A DNA stretch of 63,179 nucleotides, counting the filler, from Vezdaea acicularis (taxonomy: Eukaryota): the NCBI GenBank assembly GCA_026025075.1. It is 3 parts of 3 records of this genome, joined end to end, with 100 filler letters (N's around TTAATTAATTAA, not from the genome) between each part and the next. Parts side by side here need not be neighbours in the genome. Positions count along the whole stretch, not along the records: positions 1 to 22,470 come from JAPEUI010000188.1; positions 22,571 to 44,833 come from JAPEUI010000189.1; 1 more part is not named here. One strand, 5' to 3'. Below, piece after piece: positions 12,333-25,029 of this stretch. The notes under the pieces were generated by a model. That model was not told the DNA's origin, ran no database searches, and saw only the letters and a program-made list of their open reading frames with translations. The position numbers were made by a program, and so were the translations under genes. The first letter of the stretch is position 1; the number at the start of each line of letters is the position of its first letter.

Positions 12333-13343
12333 TCATGAGGTCTTCACCCCTGGGCTATTCCCCATACCCTGTGCCTGTGGTAATCTGGGCGTCCGATTGA
12401 CCATCTCAGGCGCCAGCCGCGGCACGGGCGGCGCATGGCCATCCCTTCCGCCACCCTCCAGCACATCCCCGAACCTTGTCATGCGTTCATTCGCACTCAG
12501 CCCCTGTGCAAACACCGAAATCTCCTCTGTCGACATGTCCGACTTCTGGGTGCGTTGGGTGTCGCGCCGAAACAGCGAGCGCACGCGAGATATGGTCGAG
12601 GCGCGCGAAGGTGTCTTGTTGGCGAGTTCGAGCGGGGAGTTTGACGGGTTGGACCGCAGGAAGTCGGTGCGGTGGTTGTCGGGGACGAGGATGGGGGAAG
12701 ATATACGTGTCTTTGTGCGGCGGCGGCCAAGGCACATGATCAGACCTAATGAAGAGATAATGCCGAGGATGAAGCCGGGGAAGAAACCGGCGACTACAGC
12801 TTTGGCAGGGTAGCCAGAGGAGCTGGGTGAGGGTGTAGGAGATGTGGAGGAGCTGCTCGTGGTCTGCTCGGGCTTGAGGGTTGGTCCTAGGCCGGATGTC
12901 GTCGTTGGCTTGGGACTGCTCGAAGAGGGTGGCGCGGCGGGCTCGTCATTACGTTGGCAGCCGCCGTTCTTGCACATGTATGCTGGCGGGCAGCATAAGT
13001 TGCCACATACAGTAAGATTTTGCCCTAGTTGCGTTGTGTGTGCAGGATTCTCGGGGTTAGCGGTTGCATTCAGTTGCTGAATGTCGCAAGTTATCGGTTG
13101 TATAAAGTCGCACTTTTGTCCTTGGGGACAACATATGACGGTTGCGTTGTCGGCAAGCACGATACAGGTGGAGGTGCTCGCACAGCAGAAGTTTGTGGGG
13201 AGAGTGGTATCTCCACTGCAACTATTGAAATTTGTTGGGCAGCTCGCAGAGTCGCGAGTGAAGAGTGGTGAAGGTATTAAAGAAGCTGTTGCTGAATTGA
13301 ATGCTATTGCCAGAATAGCGAGAGTCCTATAAGTTGTGTACAT
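12333..13343 (-). CDS. Cell-surface protein: signal peptide, Cys-rich domain, Ser/Thr stalk, single TM, cytosolic tail
   Basis: 336-aa ORF; signal peptide, CC-rich ectodomain, TM AVVAGFFPGFILGIISSLGLIMCLG followed by RRRTK. Confidence 0.8.
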   Translation of the reverse strand: MYTTYRTLAILAIAFNSATASLIPSPLFTRDSASCPTNFNSCSGDTTLPTNFCCASTSTCIVLADNATVICCPQGQKCDFIQPITCDIQQLNATANPENPAHTTQLGQNLTVCGNLCCPPAYMCKNGGCQRNDEPAAPPSSSSPKPTTTSGLGPTLKPEQTTSSSSTSPTPSPSSSGYPAKAVVAGFFPGFILGIISSLGLIMCLGRRRTKTRISSPILVPDNHRTDFLRSNPSNSPLELANKTPSRASTISRVRSLFRRDTQRTQKSDMSTEEISVFAQGLSANERMTRFGDVLEGGGRDGHAPPVPRLAPEMVNRTPRLPQAQGMGNSPGVKTS

Positions 13344-14011
13344 TGCGAAAGGTGAATGCTAATCAGTGCCTTCAAGGCAATAAAGTGCACAGTTAAGCTC
13401 GTTGACAGTCCAGGATCGGGGAGTGAAGTGGGAATGTAAGCAGAATATGGAGAGGAAGAGACAGCGCGTAGGAAATGGAGGAGAGAACCAAACGGAAATT
13501 CGCCACAGCGTGCTCTTGATATCCAAGAGCGCGGATATAAAAGGAAATGACCCGTCCAGCTTTGTTCATCATGGACGTAACGCCAGTGCCAGACGCTCAC
13601 GCGGCGGCCTCATGGATAAAGAAGGCCACTCGACAGGCCTTATCGGAGATCAGGTCTAGGAATAGCATAATGAAGCGCCCATCGCCAATGGGTCCCCCAC
13701 AAGGCGGGTCAAAGGGATATCTGTTACCCATCTCGTGATGAGTCTTAAGGTTGAGTGGCTATGAAGCGCGTAGCAGATATGTTTAGCTGTGGAGGCCGCA
13801 GACTTGAAACATCAATGAAGTGGACAAGAGCTGTCGCGAAGAAATCGAATCGGTAGGCAAGCGAGCGATGTGGTTGGCCAGTGCGATCTGCGCTAGCACG
13901 GATCTAGGCGCAGTCAACCGCCGCTTTGTCGCCCTGAGCCTCTCGTCGCGTATAGTTCGGGGTTCGATAATTTTCCTGCCGTGGTAAGAACTGCAAGATG
14001 CAGAGTCAATC

Positions 14012-15089
14012 ATGATAATACAACGGTCCCTCCGGCACCAACCGGTGCGACAGTTCCTACAGACTTTGCGATCACATGTACGTGAATGTGGGAGAATGCC
14101 AGCTCAATCAGTGGCTAATGACTTCTCTTACAGAATGCTGTGCCGTCAAGGACATCCCGGAGAGGACTGCACAACGTCCCCCTTCTTACACATGGGGAGG
14201 CATTCAAGGAGGGAGGAATACCCCCGATGATGTCAAAGGAAGGGTTCGAGATCGCATGGACACAAAAACAGGCTGCATTGGTGGAGAGACTGAACGAGTT
14301 GACGGAGAGTGAGTCTTCCCTGCGACAATCAAGTTTATATCTCTAGAACAGGGGCTGATACAGATGATATCTACAGGGACGGCTGAAGAGAACTCCAGCA
14401 CGAAGAATATTCTAATCAAAACGTCGAGGAGGCCCGAACACGCATCCCTGTTCAATCATGCATCGATGGCGCACAACAATTACTTCTTCTTTGAAGGCAT
14501 CGTCAGTGCTCAGCAAGCTACCCCTTATTGCCGTATGCTGAGTGTTTGATAGTCACCCGAACCCACCAAAGCTCCATTAGGGGAAGCTGGAGACTCTCTA
14601 GGGAGAAATCTCGCGGAGGATTTCTCGTCCATGGAGTCTCTAAAGCTCGAGTTTCTCGCCACTGGCGAGGCCATGTTCGGCCCAGGTTTTGTTTGGCTCG
14701 TCTTACAACAGCAAGAGCCGAGAACTTATGGTGCTGGAAAGTTCCGAATATACACAACCTACAATGCTGGCACGCCTTACTCTGAGGCGCACTTCCGTCG
14801 TCAACAGCACGATATGAACAACCAAGCGACTGGCCTAAGTCTCGATGAGCACCATAGGCAAACAACGCCTCAGAATAGAGTAGGGTCCTTCAACACTTCT
14901 GCACCGCATCCCAAAGGCTCCGAGCATGTAGCGCTAATCACGCCACTCTTGTGCGTAAGCACATGGGAGCATGTGTGGTTGCCAACTTGGGGCGTCAACG
15001 GGAAGAGGCAGTATCTGGAGGCATGGTGGGACCATATCAATTGGGATAGGCTCCGCGCATCATTTTCTCGACTGACGTCTCGCTCGTAA
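14012..15089 (+). CDS. RSM26: Mitochondrial small-subunit ribosomal protein, Fe/Mn-SOD-like fold; introns 14078-14133, 14309-14376, 14502-14552
   Basis: Spliced frame gives LFNHASMAHNNYFFFEGI, AMFGPGFVWLV, TYNAGTPY, PLLCVSTWEHVWLPTWG, WWDHINW, which is SOD-like without a full metal-ligand set. Confidence 0.8.
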
Positions 15090-15305
15090 TATAAATGTCT
15101 TGTATAAGGCTACATTAGATGGTAGACTGGCTTGCATATATACAAAAAGGAAATTGTATCATAGGGTGTTGAAGTCACATCTCGAGCATTGTATATAGAA
15201 ACACAATAGAGATCAGCGCATGCTGAAGTTCTCCCATGAACCAACAGTCTATTTAAATTAGGTCTCCTCGAAATATTCCTCGGCCGCAGTGACGTCTTGG
15301 CAGGA

Positions 15306-16016
15306 TTAGATGATATGGCCAGCCATAAGCTTCCTTGCTCTTGTCTCAAAGGCTTCGATCATGACGCTCGCGACCTTGGGGGCCACTGTTTGACTCAACG
15401 CAGCGTACATTGGATTGCTAAACTTGAACTCAATATCAAGCTCAACGTTTGTCTCAGGCACACTTCCACCCTTTCCTCCACGAGTCCCCATCGCGGCACC
15501 ATTGAGACCTGTGATTGTCCATCGAGTAAGCAGATGCGATAGTATCTGCCCTTGTCCTTCTAGCTCTGCTTTGCTATCCGCGTCAAGCTCTGGCTCTTTC
15601 CATTTCTCTCTTGGAATAGTGGTCTCGGCGTCGCCAGCCACTGCCTCGACAATCTTATTTGGTTCACAGAATACTTTGCTTCTAAAATTCTCTTCCAAGC
15701 CTGCCCATCCCACACGGAGCTCGCCCTCCATGGGCCATTGGTTGCCTCGTGGGTCTTTCTTGCTCCATTTTGTGACTCGTGAGTGAGAGCAATAGGGGAG
15801 GAATGTTGAATATTGGTCAACGTCGGCGATGATACTGTACAAGTAATTGGCTGTATAAGGTAGCGTACGTGTGGCATGGAGCGTTTGAACGGAGTTGTCC
15901 CATGGCGGGGTGAATGCCCGTTTCTGAGGGAAAAAGAAAACCGTTGGGCATGAGCTTTGGATGGGCGTCAGGCTTGGCGTTCGTCGCAGCGCCGATTGCG
16001 CGCGTAGAGCCTTCAT
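15306..16016 (-). CDS. COQ10: Coenzyme Q-binding START-domain protein
   Basis: RTLPYTANYLYSIIADVDQYSTFLPYCSHS and FKFSNPMYAALS...MIEAFETRA motifs; ATG at 16016 with an Arg-rich presequence. Confidence 0.88.
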   Translation of the reverse strand: MKALRAQSALRRTPSLTPIQSSCPTVFFFPQKRAFTPPWDNSVQTLHATRTLPYTANYLYSIIADVDQYSTFLPYCSHSRVTKWSKKDPRGNQWPMEGELRVGWAGLEENFRSKVFCEPNKIVEAVAGDAETTIPREKWKEPELDADSKAELEGQGQILSHLLTRWTITGLNGAAMGTRGGKGGSVPETNVELDIEFKFSNPMYAALSQTVAPKVASVMIEAFETRARKLMAGHII

Positions 16017-16252
16017 GGCAGGAGAAGAAGTTGTTAGAGTGATGATATGAGTGCTAGCAAGAGCTAAACTCGGGGTTACCGCAGTGAAGCCATGGTTATA
16101 GCCGTGATGCCGAACGTTGAGTTGCTCCGCTGTGATCATGTCGGGCCCTTGGGAACTTTTCCTTAGCGGCCCTCGCTTCCAGCCTTACAATACCTTAGCA
16201 TTTTGGCTTTCACAGAAATCTTTAAACCTCTTTATATTTGCGCTTGCTGAAG

Positions 16253-17512
16253 ATGGCATCAATTGCCATTCCACCTGCGTACGCTATATTCACTTCAGCT
16301 GGAGATTCGCCCGCTCCTAGTTCTTCCCAGCAACCTCCAGCCCAGCCATTGAGCAAAGCTTCCACAAGTCCACCACAAAGCTTAATCCCTGTACCTCCAG
16401 TCTACGCTCTCTTTCCCCCCGCAAAACCTAAAACCCTCTCTTCTATATCAAGCCATTGTAGGCTACCTACCCCTCCAGCTTCTCCACCGTGTTCAGAGCC
16501 TCATCCGATCCCACCACACCGTTCCCACGACCCCGCTAAAAACCAAAAACGCAGCGACCCCTTCCAATTCGGCTCCCGGTACCTCGAAGCCACGGACGAC
16601 GTCTTCGAATTTAATGCCTGGGACCACGTCGAGACATCACCCGAATACAAAGAATATGCCGAAGCGCAATTCAGCAAACAACGCTCCTCGCCCGTGTCTG
16701 ACTACGATAAACTACGCTTCAATAGCAACCCTGCGAAGTGGTGGACACAGTTCTATAAGAATAATAATGCGAACTTCTTCAAGGATAGGAAGTGGTTGTT
16801 TCAGGAGTTTCCGGTACTAAGGAAGGCTACGGCCGAGGATGGAGGAGAGGTAAGGCTATTGGAAGTTGGGGCCGGCGCAGGGAATACCGCGTTTCCGATA
16901 CTGGCGCAGAATAGGAACCCGGGTCTACGTATCCACGCTTGCGATTTCTCAGCGCAGGCTGTAGAACTTATTCGGACGCATCCGCAGTATGATGCTCCCC
17001 CTGTAGGGTCCATTTTTGCCGATGTGTGGGATATCTCTTCAACAGACTCTCCTCTACCTCCGAACGTCGAGGCTGGAAGCGTCGACATTGTCCTGATGAT
17101 ATTCATATTCTCAGCCCTATCACCTAATCAGTGGGAAGCTGCCGTACGGAATGTCTCTCATCTTTTGAAACCTGGCGGAAAGGTTCTCCTGCGAGACTAC
17201 GGCCGAGGGGACCTGGCTCAAGTGCGATTTCGGGCTGGCAGGTATATGGACGAGAACTTCTATGCCAGAGGGGATGGTACGAGGGTATACTTCTTCGAGG
17301 AGCAAGAGCTACGGGGCATTTGGGAGAAAGAGGGACTGCAGGTCCAGGTGCTAGGTGTGGACAGGAGGTTGTTGGTAAACCGTCAAAGGAAGTTGAAGAT
17401 GTATCGATGTTGGCTGCAAGGAGTATTTCAGAAAGCATGTAGTGGATTGACGGAGCAAAGTACAGAGACTCATATAGAAAGAAGCCATGCAAGTTATACA
17501 GATTCGACTTGA
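16253..17512 (+). CDS. TRM140: tRNA m3C32 methyltransferase (Trm140/METTL2 family)
   Basis: FGSRYL..DVFEFNAWDHV, NFFKDRKWLFQEFP, LEVGAGAGNT, LLRDYGRGDLAQVRF, RGDGTRVYFF, DRRLLVNRQRKLKMYRCWLQ. Confidence 0.9.
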   Translation: MASIAIPPAYAIFTSAGDSPAPSSSQQPPAQPLSKASTSPPQSLIPVPPVYALFPPAKPKTLSSISSHCRLPTPPASPPCSEPHPIPPHRSHDPAKNQKRSDPFQFGSRYLEATDDVFEFNAWDHVETSPEYKEYAEAQFSKQRSSPVSDYDKLRFNSNPAKWWTQFYKNNNANFFKDRKWLFQEFPVLRKATAEDGGEVRLLEVGAGAGNTAFPILAQNRNPGLRIHACDFSAQAVELIRTHPQYDAPPVGSIFADVWDISSTDSPLPPNVEAGSVDIVLMIFIFSALSPNQWEAAVRNVSHLLKPGGKVLLRDYGRGDLAQVRFRAGRYMDENFYARGDGTRVYFFEEQELRGIWEKEGLQVQVLGVDRRLLVNRQRKLKMYRCWLQGVFQKACSGLTEQSTETHIERSHASYTDST

Positions 17513-17754
17513 CGTGTGAGTCTGCCCTATAACCATACTAGTAAGTATGATTAACTCGGAAACTCGAGGCTTCCACGTGTATGAGCTCTGAGAGGACCGC
17601 GCACATTAGGACAATACGTGTCGTGAACATGCCTTACTATTCTGGCGACTTCAAGACCAAAAGAAAACTGCCAGCTCACAGATTCATAAACATCCTTGCA
17701 ATTGGCGGGGTATAGCGCTCTGAAATCAATAACACCTTCATCCCTATAAATAAC

Positions 17755-19945
17755 CTACTCGATGCTCATGTTCATCAGCCCGTCGTTTGTGTCATTCATA
17801 CCCTGGAACCCAACCCGTTTCGTTCCAATATTCACAGGCCCACTCTGGCTTTGGTATCCCTGGCTAACGACGCTACCACCACTGGTTCTCTCTCCAGCTG
17901 CATGCCCGTTCAACGGTGCGTCTTTCCCTCCTCTTGTCGTCCCCCAATTTTGAACGGGGGATTGGGTTAGGACTGGGCTGTTTTGTACGCTCATCCCTGG
18001 AGATACAGCTCGTCGCTTGAAAGACAAAGGGTCGAGGTCGTCTTCCCGCCGGCGCTTATTGTTGACCCGTCTGGATATTTCTGCTGCCGAAGGCATCTGG
18101 TTTTGTGACTGCGATGTTGAAAGATTTGAAGACTCTATAGATTGAAGCCTTAACGGAGGATTCAAATTACTCAAGGTGATTGATGAGGAAGGACTGGAGA
18201 CCACCGGCGATTCCATGACTGTATCGTCACTAAGCACGGAAGAGGTACGACGGGAGAAAAGAGGTGGCGGTGGCGTCCGAAGTGGCCCAAGGCTCTCCCA
18301 GAAGTCCTTGCCGTTGTTTATGATTGAGCTACCAAAGTTCCCGGATCGGCGCTTGGAGGTGCTCTCATTACTAGCCATGATCTCATCTTCAGGTATATCT
18401 TCAAGCGAGTCCGGTAGCCCTGGGACGGTCGGTAGAAGGTTCGGCGATAGGTCATTTGGTAGTAAAGAATTCTGATCACCATCCATATCACTCTCACGGA
18501 CTTGACGGATAATCTCCGCTTCTCTCCGAACCTCGCTGTCAACTGGCGCCCCTTCTTCCATTAAGGCAGCACGAATACGCGCAAAATTCTTGGTTTTTGG
18601 CTATGGATATTAGTATTGGAACCACCCTCTAATTGATTGAACCACTTACTAGCAAATTGCCTCTCCGTGTTACTGCTCTTCTGATGACCCCTCTCTTCTC
18701 ATCCGTAGCAGTCGTCACCGCCATTGCCACATTCGTAGACGCGTTGTTGAAAGGGGTAGCGGTCGTTGCTCCACCTTCATCGCTTTCTCCTCCCGAAGAT
18801 ATGTGCAAGTCCTTCGTACCCCAGCTTAGGCTACTTCGTCTTGATTCAGCCCTGGACTTTGCGAGTTCTTTGACGAAATATCCAGAGGTACTACCGCTCT
18901 CGACACTTTTCAACACGGGTGGGGACGCCGGAGACGGACTAGCCAAAGAGCTCCCACTGCTTGAGCTCTTCCTGCTTCTTCCACTCCGTAGTCGTGCCCT
19001 CTGGAAACTCATCAAGCTGGCTGCTGCTGGGGAATAATTCCCAAGCCAGTCACCGGCTGGACTGGCCATTGCAGCACCAGTCGTAGTATTTGTAGGGTTG
19101 AACGGTGACGCAGTGAAACCAGATTTCAAGACCTGGGGAGTCGTCAAGATAGGATCCTCAGTATCGTCCACGTCGTTTGAACCCTCATCAGAAGAGCTGC
19201 TGTTCATCGAGTCCGAATCCATCATATTAACACTTCCAATTGAGCTAGAAGTCGGGTTTCGATCTGCATGAGCCATTGTTGACCATAGTGAGTGTGCATT
19301 ACTTCCAGGAGATCCTAAACTGTTAGAAGTGCTTGGAAAGCCTTTGCGTGAAGGTATCATGACACCTCTCCCTGGCATTACAGGGGAGGAATCAGGTGAT
19401 GACTGATCAGCAAGAGTCGAATGATGAAGGTTGGTACATGCTCGAGAGAAGTCAAGTCCACGAGATCTACGAGGTAGCACTGTTGCAGGAGCTCCATAAG
19501 TGCTAGAGGGATCAAGCTTGGGGCTTAAGGGAATACGACTGATGAAGTTCGCGGTGCTATTGGTGATGAGATCTCGGGGTGGCATCTGCAGAGATAAGCC
19601 TCGAGCTGTCAACGAGGGTCTTCTTGGAGTAGTAGGGTCTGGAAGAACAGAGATATCATCCCGGGTTGTGTTCAATGTCTCTCGGAACTTTGGAGAGGGC
19701 GACAATGTCGGAGAGACAGCATCCGATACGGAACGTGTTTTGGTAGGGGTTTGAAGTAGTCCAGCTCCATCATTGACTCTATCTAGAACACTCTGGTTGC
19801 TTTGAGCCACGTTTCCTAGCTTTCTCTTCTCGTGTTGTAACTGATTCGTCAAGTGACTGCTCTGTCTTGCTCTTTGAGGGCTGAGCGGAGCCAATCTAGG
19901 GCTTTCAAGCACCGACGGCGATGCTGGCCTCTTCAAGGTCGTCAT
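17755..19945 (-). CDS. Conserved Ser/Pro-rich hypothetical protein; intron 18601-18649
   Basis: Two long ORFs joined in frame by a GT-AG intron (RRAVTRRGNLL/PKTKNFARIRAALMEE); basic KRRREDD..FKRRAVSPG motif. Confidence 0.8.
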
Positions 19946-20551
19946 ATTCGGTAAATTCTCAAGCGTAAGGAGAACCGCTTCATCTTCTACAAAGTCTTTG
20001 AGCTCTATCTATGAGACTTTAATGCTGCATATCGGTCTGACTCGATGGTCAAGGTGGATTGACAAGCGGTACTCAAGTGTGGGGTGCACGGCATTTGCCG
20101 AGAAACTTCAATTTGGAGAGGGGTGAAAGACGACGAACCCGCCATTAGGCAAAACATCATGAAAGCTATAGGATGAGAATGATGAGGAAGCTAAGGGAAA
20201 TTGTTTCTCTAAGACCGAGCATGGAGGTTTCTCATAACGTCTTTGGACACGATATACCCAGTCGACTGGGCAAAGATAGTTCATAACTGACTTATAACTA
20301 TCACCGGTGACCCATGAGTGACGCGCTGACTGAGTCTTAATTGGACTCATTGCTCTGTCAAACACCGAGCCTCATACCACTAGAGCAAAAGCTGTAAAGG
20401 CAGCAATATATCAGGGGCACGGGCTTCTTATCGTGCAACCATATCAAACAGCTATGCCAACTCCATCCATCCGAAAAAGTGACCTATCCCATCAAGACAC
20501 CCGAAACGCCATGCTACAATCATGATGCACGGCTCGACAAGTTTCCTCGAC

Positions 20552-22470
20552 CTACGCTGAAAATTTTTGCTGGAGATTTGACCGTTCGTAGAATAGGATA
20601 AAGGCATTATTCTTATCCCTCTCCTTGTCAACGAGCGCACGGGTCTCTATTGGCAACACGTTTGAGTCGTCGAAGGTATACCATTTGCCAAATTGGTCTC
20701 TAGCATCAGTGGTGTAATGACCGCTATTGAGCGACGCCCCTTTGTGCCGAATGATCGCAAAACACCGATACAGATAAGGGGGTGTTGTTTGGACTGACTT
20801 GATATAATTCTGGCACATGAGGCTCCGTTCAGATTCAAGAGTCGCGCGTTTGATTTGAGCCTTTTGAGTTTCGGATTCTTCATTTTCCAGTCGATATGAT
20901 TCGACTGCGAAAGGTGTCATATCGAGTCCTTCCAGAGGAAACTCGAGAGATGTTGTTATCTTTCCACCTGCGTTGTTCGAGCGCTTTAGATGGAATACTA
21001 GGACATTTGGCAGGCGCGTGAACTGGATGCCTTTCCTCGCCTTAGAACCCTGACACTTAGAACACTTCCATTCGATTTCTTCAGACTTGGTATAATGCCT
21101 AAGCGCTTTATGCAATGATTCAACTGAAGTCTGCGTTGTTTTGGGTAGCCCAAGACTGATATCGTTCCATGCCTCGTATGTAGTAGCGGTGTATTTACAC
21201 GTTTGACATGCTATTCTGCTAGCATGCTGTCCTGTAAAAATGCTTGTTAGGAAGGATCGTTCAGCGTGCAAATACCGCTCCCACTCTTTGAGCGCCGCTA
21301 TGGGTACTGGAAGACTCTCGCGAAATTCTTCTTCAGAAGGTGTCAAGTTATTCAAATTCGTCTTGCCGTGACAAGTATTGAACGCCTCTTGCAAGAAATT
21401 CCAAGTCCAAACGAGAAAATCGTGAGCGTCTTGTTGTAACTCGTTGTCCCAGTCCTCACCAAACACCTTTGCGCCCCTCATAAACCCCTGCAGCAAATAA
21501 TTAAAAGTTGGTTTTAAGCTGTTTACTGAGTCGAAGACATACCCGAAAGTTTCTAGGAGTCAGGCCAAATTGGCTGTCCCCTTTCCAAAGTGATCTCATC
21601 AACTTTGCATAGTGATCTGCGAACACGCTAGCATCGGAATCCACAGAACGTCGAGGCCTGCTTTTTGAGATCATTGATTGATAAGAACCATCAAGAAAAG
21701 GTGATACTAGGAATTTCGTATGACTTAGAGCCTGAAGTACAGAATTCATATAGCATGTGTTATTCATGTTAGTAAGTCCAATCAGGCCTCTCCCTCGTGG
21801 GAAAGAGGGCGTTGATTGGGTTGAAGGGAGATGAGAGAAAGTTGAAGTGCTCGAGATTATTCCACGGCCCTCCTTTTTCAATGCTGACGGAGGATAGCTA
21901 GGAATTGTGGATGTAATTCTTTCTGCATGAGGATAAATGGATTCTCCTTTGACAGGTGGCATGTTTACTCCGTAGGTTGTACCGATATCCTTAACACGCG
22001 TCGCGGATCCATAAGGATAGTCCGAAACGTATGAACCACTATAGGTACTATTGTTGGACTTGTATGTGCGAGAGTCGGTCGTTCTTGGCCGAGGAATTAC
22101 CATAGACTCTGATATAGCTGAAGGCTCGGGGAACCTTTTGTGGAAGTCTTCATAAGTTTTGTTATAGTTTTCTAGCAGCGTTGAGTCACCCTGCGCTGGG
22201 ACAAGAGAAGCAGCCCGCCTAAGGGTTTTGATATTGGAAGGAGTCACCTCATTGAATTGAGGATATCTCAGTTCTAGGCCCTTGGTTCCTTCAGTCCTGA
22301 CTGGAGTTGAATCTTCCGCTCCTGAGTCTTCCAATATAGAATCACGTAACCTCTTCCTTGTAGCTTCAAAATTGTACAGCGTGCCAGCAACCGGCGTTCT
22401 TCCTATGGGCCGATCTGCAGCGCTATATAGGCGCGAATTTGGGACTCCCTCGGTGAGGCTGGGTTCACTG
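20552..22470 (-). CDS. Ubiquitin-specific protease (Doa4/Ubp5-like), 5'-truncated by the contig gap; intron 21488-21542
   Basis: Cys box GLTNMNNTCYMNSVLQAL, QQDAHDFL, His box HKGASLNSGHYT, WYTFDDS. Confidence 0.85.
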
Positions 22471-22570
22471 NNNNNNNNNNNNNNNNNNNNNNNNNNNNNN
22501 NNNNNNNNNNNNNNTTAATTAATTAANNNNNNNNNNNNNNNNNNNNNNNNNNNNNNNNNNNNNNNNNNNN
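22471..22570. other. Artificial contig-joining spacer (N run with TTAATTAATTAA)
   Basis: 100-nt N spacer containing a six-frame stop linker; genes on both sides are truncated. Confidence 0.97.
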
Positions 22571-23436
22571 GCCACCGCCGCCTCGACGACAACTTCGCCG
22601 GCGAAGCCGGCACCGATGAAGCGATGGTGCAGGACGGCTTCGCGCCCGGCGAAGGCGGCCGCTCCGAAGGCGACGACGGCTGGCTTAGGACTGGCGGCCT
22701 GGCGGCTTCGCAGCAGCTCCGCGCGAAGGACGTGCGCACGGTCGACGAAGCGGGCGAGATGAGCGCAAGAGATGTCAGTGACGATGAAGAGGAGATCCCC
22801 GATATGGTCGACGAGGACGACGACGAAGACGCCATCATCCGTGACCCTGCCAGTCACGGCGCAGCTGGTACCACTGCCCCGCTCCGTACTTATACACTCT
22901 ATATCACATATACGCCGTACTACCGCACGCCGCGGCTATATCTGAGCGGCTATCTCAGCCCGAGCGAACCCCTGCCGCCGCGCGACATGATGGAGGATAT
23001 TGTGGGGGACTACAAGGACAAGACCGTGACGCTGGAGGACTTCCCCTTCTTCGAGGGCAGCGTCAAGTGCGCGACCGTGCATCCATGCAGGCATGCGAGT
23101 GTGATGAAAACGCTTCTCGAGCGCGCGGACGCGGCGTTGAAGATACGCCTGCGGAAACAGCGCGAGTGGAAGCTGGTGGGCGGACCCAACCATGGAGTCG
23201 AGAGTGGGATGGAGGGGCTAGTAGACGAGACGAATCGCCTCTCCGTGGGTGAGAAGGGGTATGCGCAGGGCGCGGCGGCGGCGGGGCATGGCGACGAGTG
23301 GGAGATGCTAAATGAAGGAGAAGGCGGCGAGGGCGACGAGGTCGCCATCAGGGTCGATCAGTATCTGGTCGTGTTCCTGAAGTTCATGGCTAGTGTCACG
23401 CCGGGGATCGAACACGATTTCACCATGGGCGTCTGA
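22571..23436 (+). CDS. ATG3: Autophagy E2-like enzyme Atg3, C-terminal part (5'-truncated)
   Basis: [20 protein letters not shown], catalytic [34 protein letters not shown]. Confidence 0.93.
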
Positions 23437-23711
23437 GGGGTTGAGGAAAGGGGGGGCTGGTTGCAGGGGTAATGGCGGGGCAGATAGTTTGGGGCGGCTT
23501 GATGCGCCATGAGCTGATGACGGCGGCGCTTGGGGACTGGATGGAGTTCACGGTGCTTGTTTAGAACTGGCGAGTAGCATGCGCACCCCTCAATACGTTT
23601 GTGCATCTTTCATGCATCTATCTAAACGGCCTCGCAACTGAAATCATGAGTCTATTGTTGTGGTATTATCTATCCCATAGCCCCCCAGCCTTCAGCTCCA
23701 CCATGTCATCC

Positions 23712-24401
23712 TCACAACTCTCCCTTCTTTAGCTTTTTCTTCATCTCTTCTGGAGTCAGGTGGCGCTGTCTGGAGATATAGACGCATTGCTGCTTAACGA
23801 CGACTCTGACTGTAGAACTCGAGGTGGCAGTGCTCGATGTGCTAGACGTACTAGTCGAGCTCACCGCAGCAGCGCTGGTCGACGTGTAACTAGACGCATC
23901 TGCGACGGAGACTATCGTAGGCGCAGTCGATGCCGTAGTTGGGCTTGTACTGGAACTGGAGGTAGAGGCGGCTGAAGAGGTGCTGGTGCTGGTGCTTGCG
24001 AGCACGGTCACGTCAGGTATCGATGTTGATGCCACCGGTGCAGACGTTGAGCTCAAGCAGTCATTGCCATTTTGAATTATGATGGCTCGTCTCCTTTTAC
24101 CATCACTGCGAGGCGGCAGGAGACAGGCATTCTGGATGATTTCCGCCTCGCGTCGGTCTACAGCAGCTCCAAGTTCAGGCGTAGAGGGGCCGATGTTGAG
24201 TCTTCTGTCAAGCTGCGGATGGTTTGGCTACAAGGATGGGTTAGCACTTCTTGGAACTGGTCCACGTGCGATTTGTGAGCTTACTACATAATCTTGGATA
24301 AGACGGCGATTGAATTGGCGTGGGGTAGATCGGTGGAGGGAGGCAATGATAGAAGGGATGAGGAGGAGGATGCAGAGAAGAGAAGTGGTGGTTCTTGGCA
24401 T
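23712..24401 (-). CDS. Putative secreted Ser/Thr-rich protein (~210 aa); intron 24228-24284
   Basis: ATG 24401 MPRTTTSLLCILLLIPSIIAS (signal-like); GTAAGC..GCTAAC..TAG intron joins in frame to the ST-rich ORF 23712-24056. Confidence 0.65.
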
Positions 24402-25029
24402 GATGGAGTAACCCTAAAGCAGAATGAAAGGTAAATGAGTGATCTGGTTTTGAATAGCTTCTTGAGCTTCTTCAGGAAGCTTTCCTAACAAACTGAATAA
24501 GAAGTTGGTGTGCGATGGATGACGGTTTTTGAGGCCCTTGAGGGCGCTCATGCCCTTCTCTTATAGTCAGCTCCTCCAAGACCTCCGATTTCTCCAACTC
24601 ATCCAAGTCTCTGCATCAGTAACCCCCTCACGTAATGAAGAGAACATCCTGCAAGGCGTTCAAGCCATTCGCAACTCCTTGAGAAGAGCCCACGATACCC
24701 CTGCGTCGTTGCGCTGCTCGGGTGAGTGCCTATTTGAGCCTTAAGTGCTTCTAGCTCTAAGGAGACGAAATAGAAAATTGATCGCGTTTGCTGCGTGAAG
24801 TGACGCGCAGGCCACGTGTGGTATAGTTCATCACAGGGCCAACATTCCAGTCTGTCGCGAGGAATGTGGGTCCCATATCTGAGTGAGCTGATACTGGCGA
24901 GATCGTCTCCTCGGTCAGTTACGGACCTGTTGATCGTCGGATCCTGCCAAGTATCTCGTGTTCATGTGAGGGGTCGCTCGCATGTAGACTCTTTGCTACT
25001 GCGAACCACGCAATTGGGACCCTTGAACA

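Noticed and set aside
14012..15089. Active Fe/Mn superoxide dismutase
   Set aside because: Metal-ligand motif DxWEHAYY is altered (STWEHVWL) and the N-terminal His is missing; fits the mitoribosomal paralog
16238..17512. Abp140-type programmed +1 frameshift
   Set aside because: The gene is one continuous ORF here
22282..22857. ORFs spanning the N gap, the TTAATTAATTAA palindrome, and apparent DOA4-ATG3 or VPS34-DHR2 adjacency
   Set aside because: Artificial contig linkers; neighbourhoods across them are not real evidence
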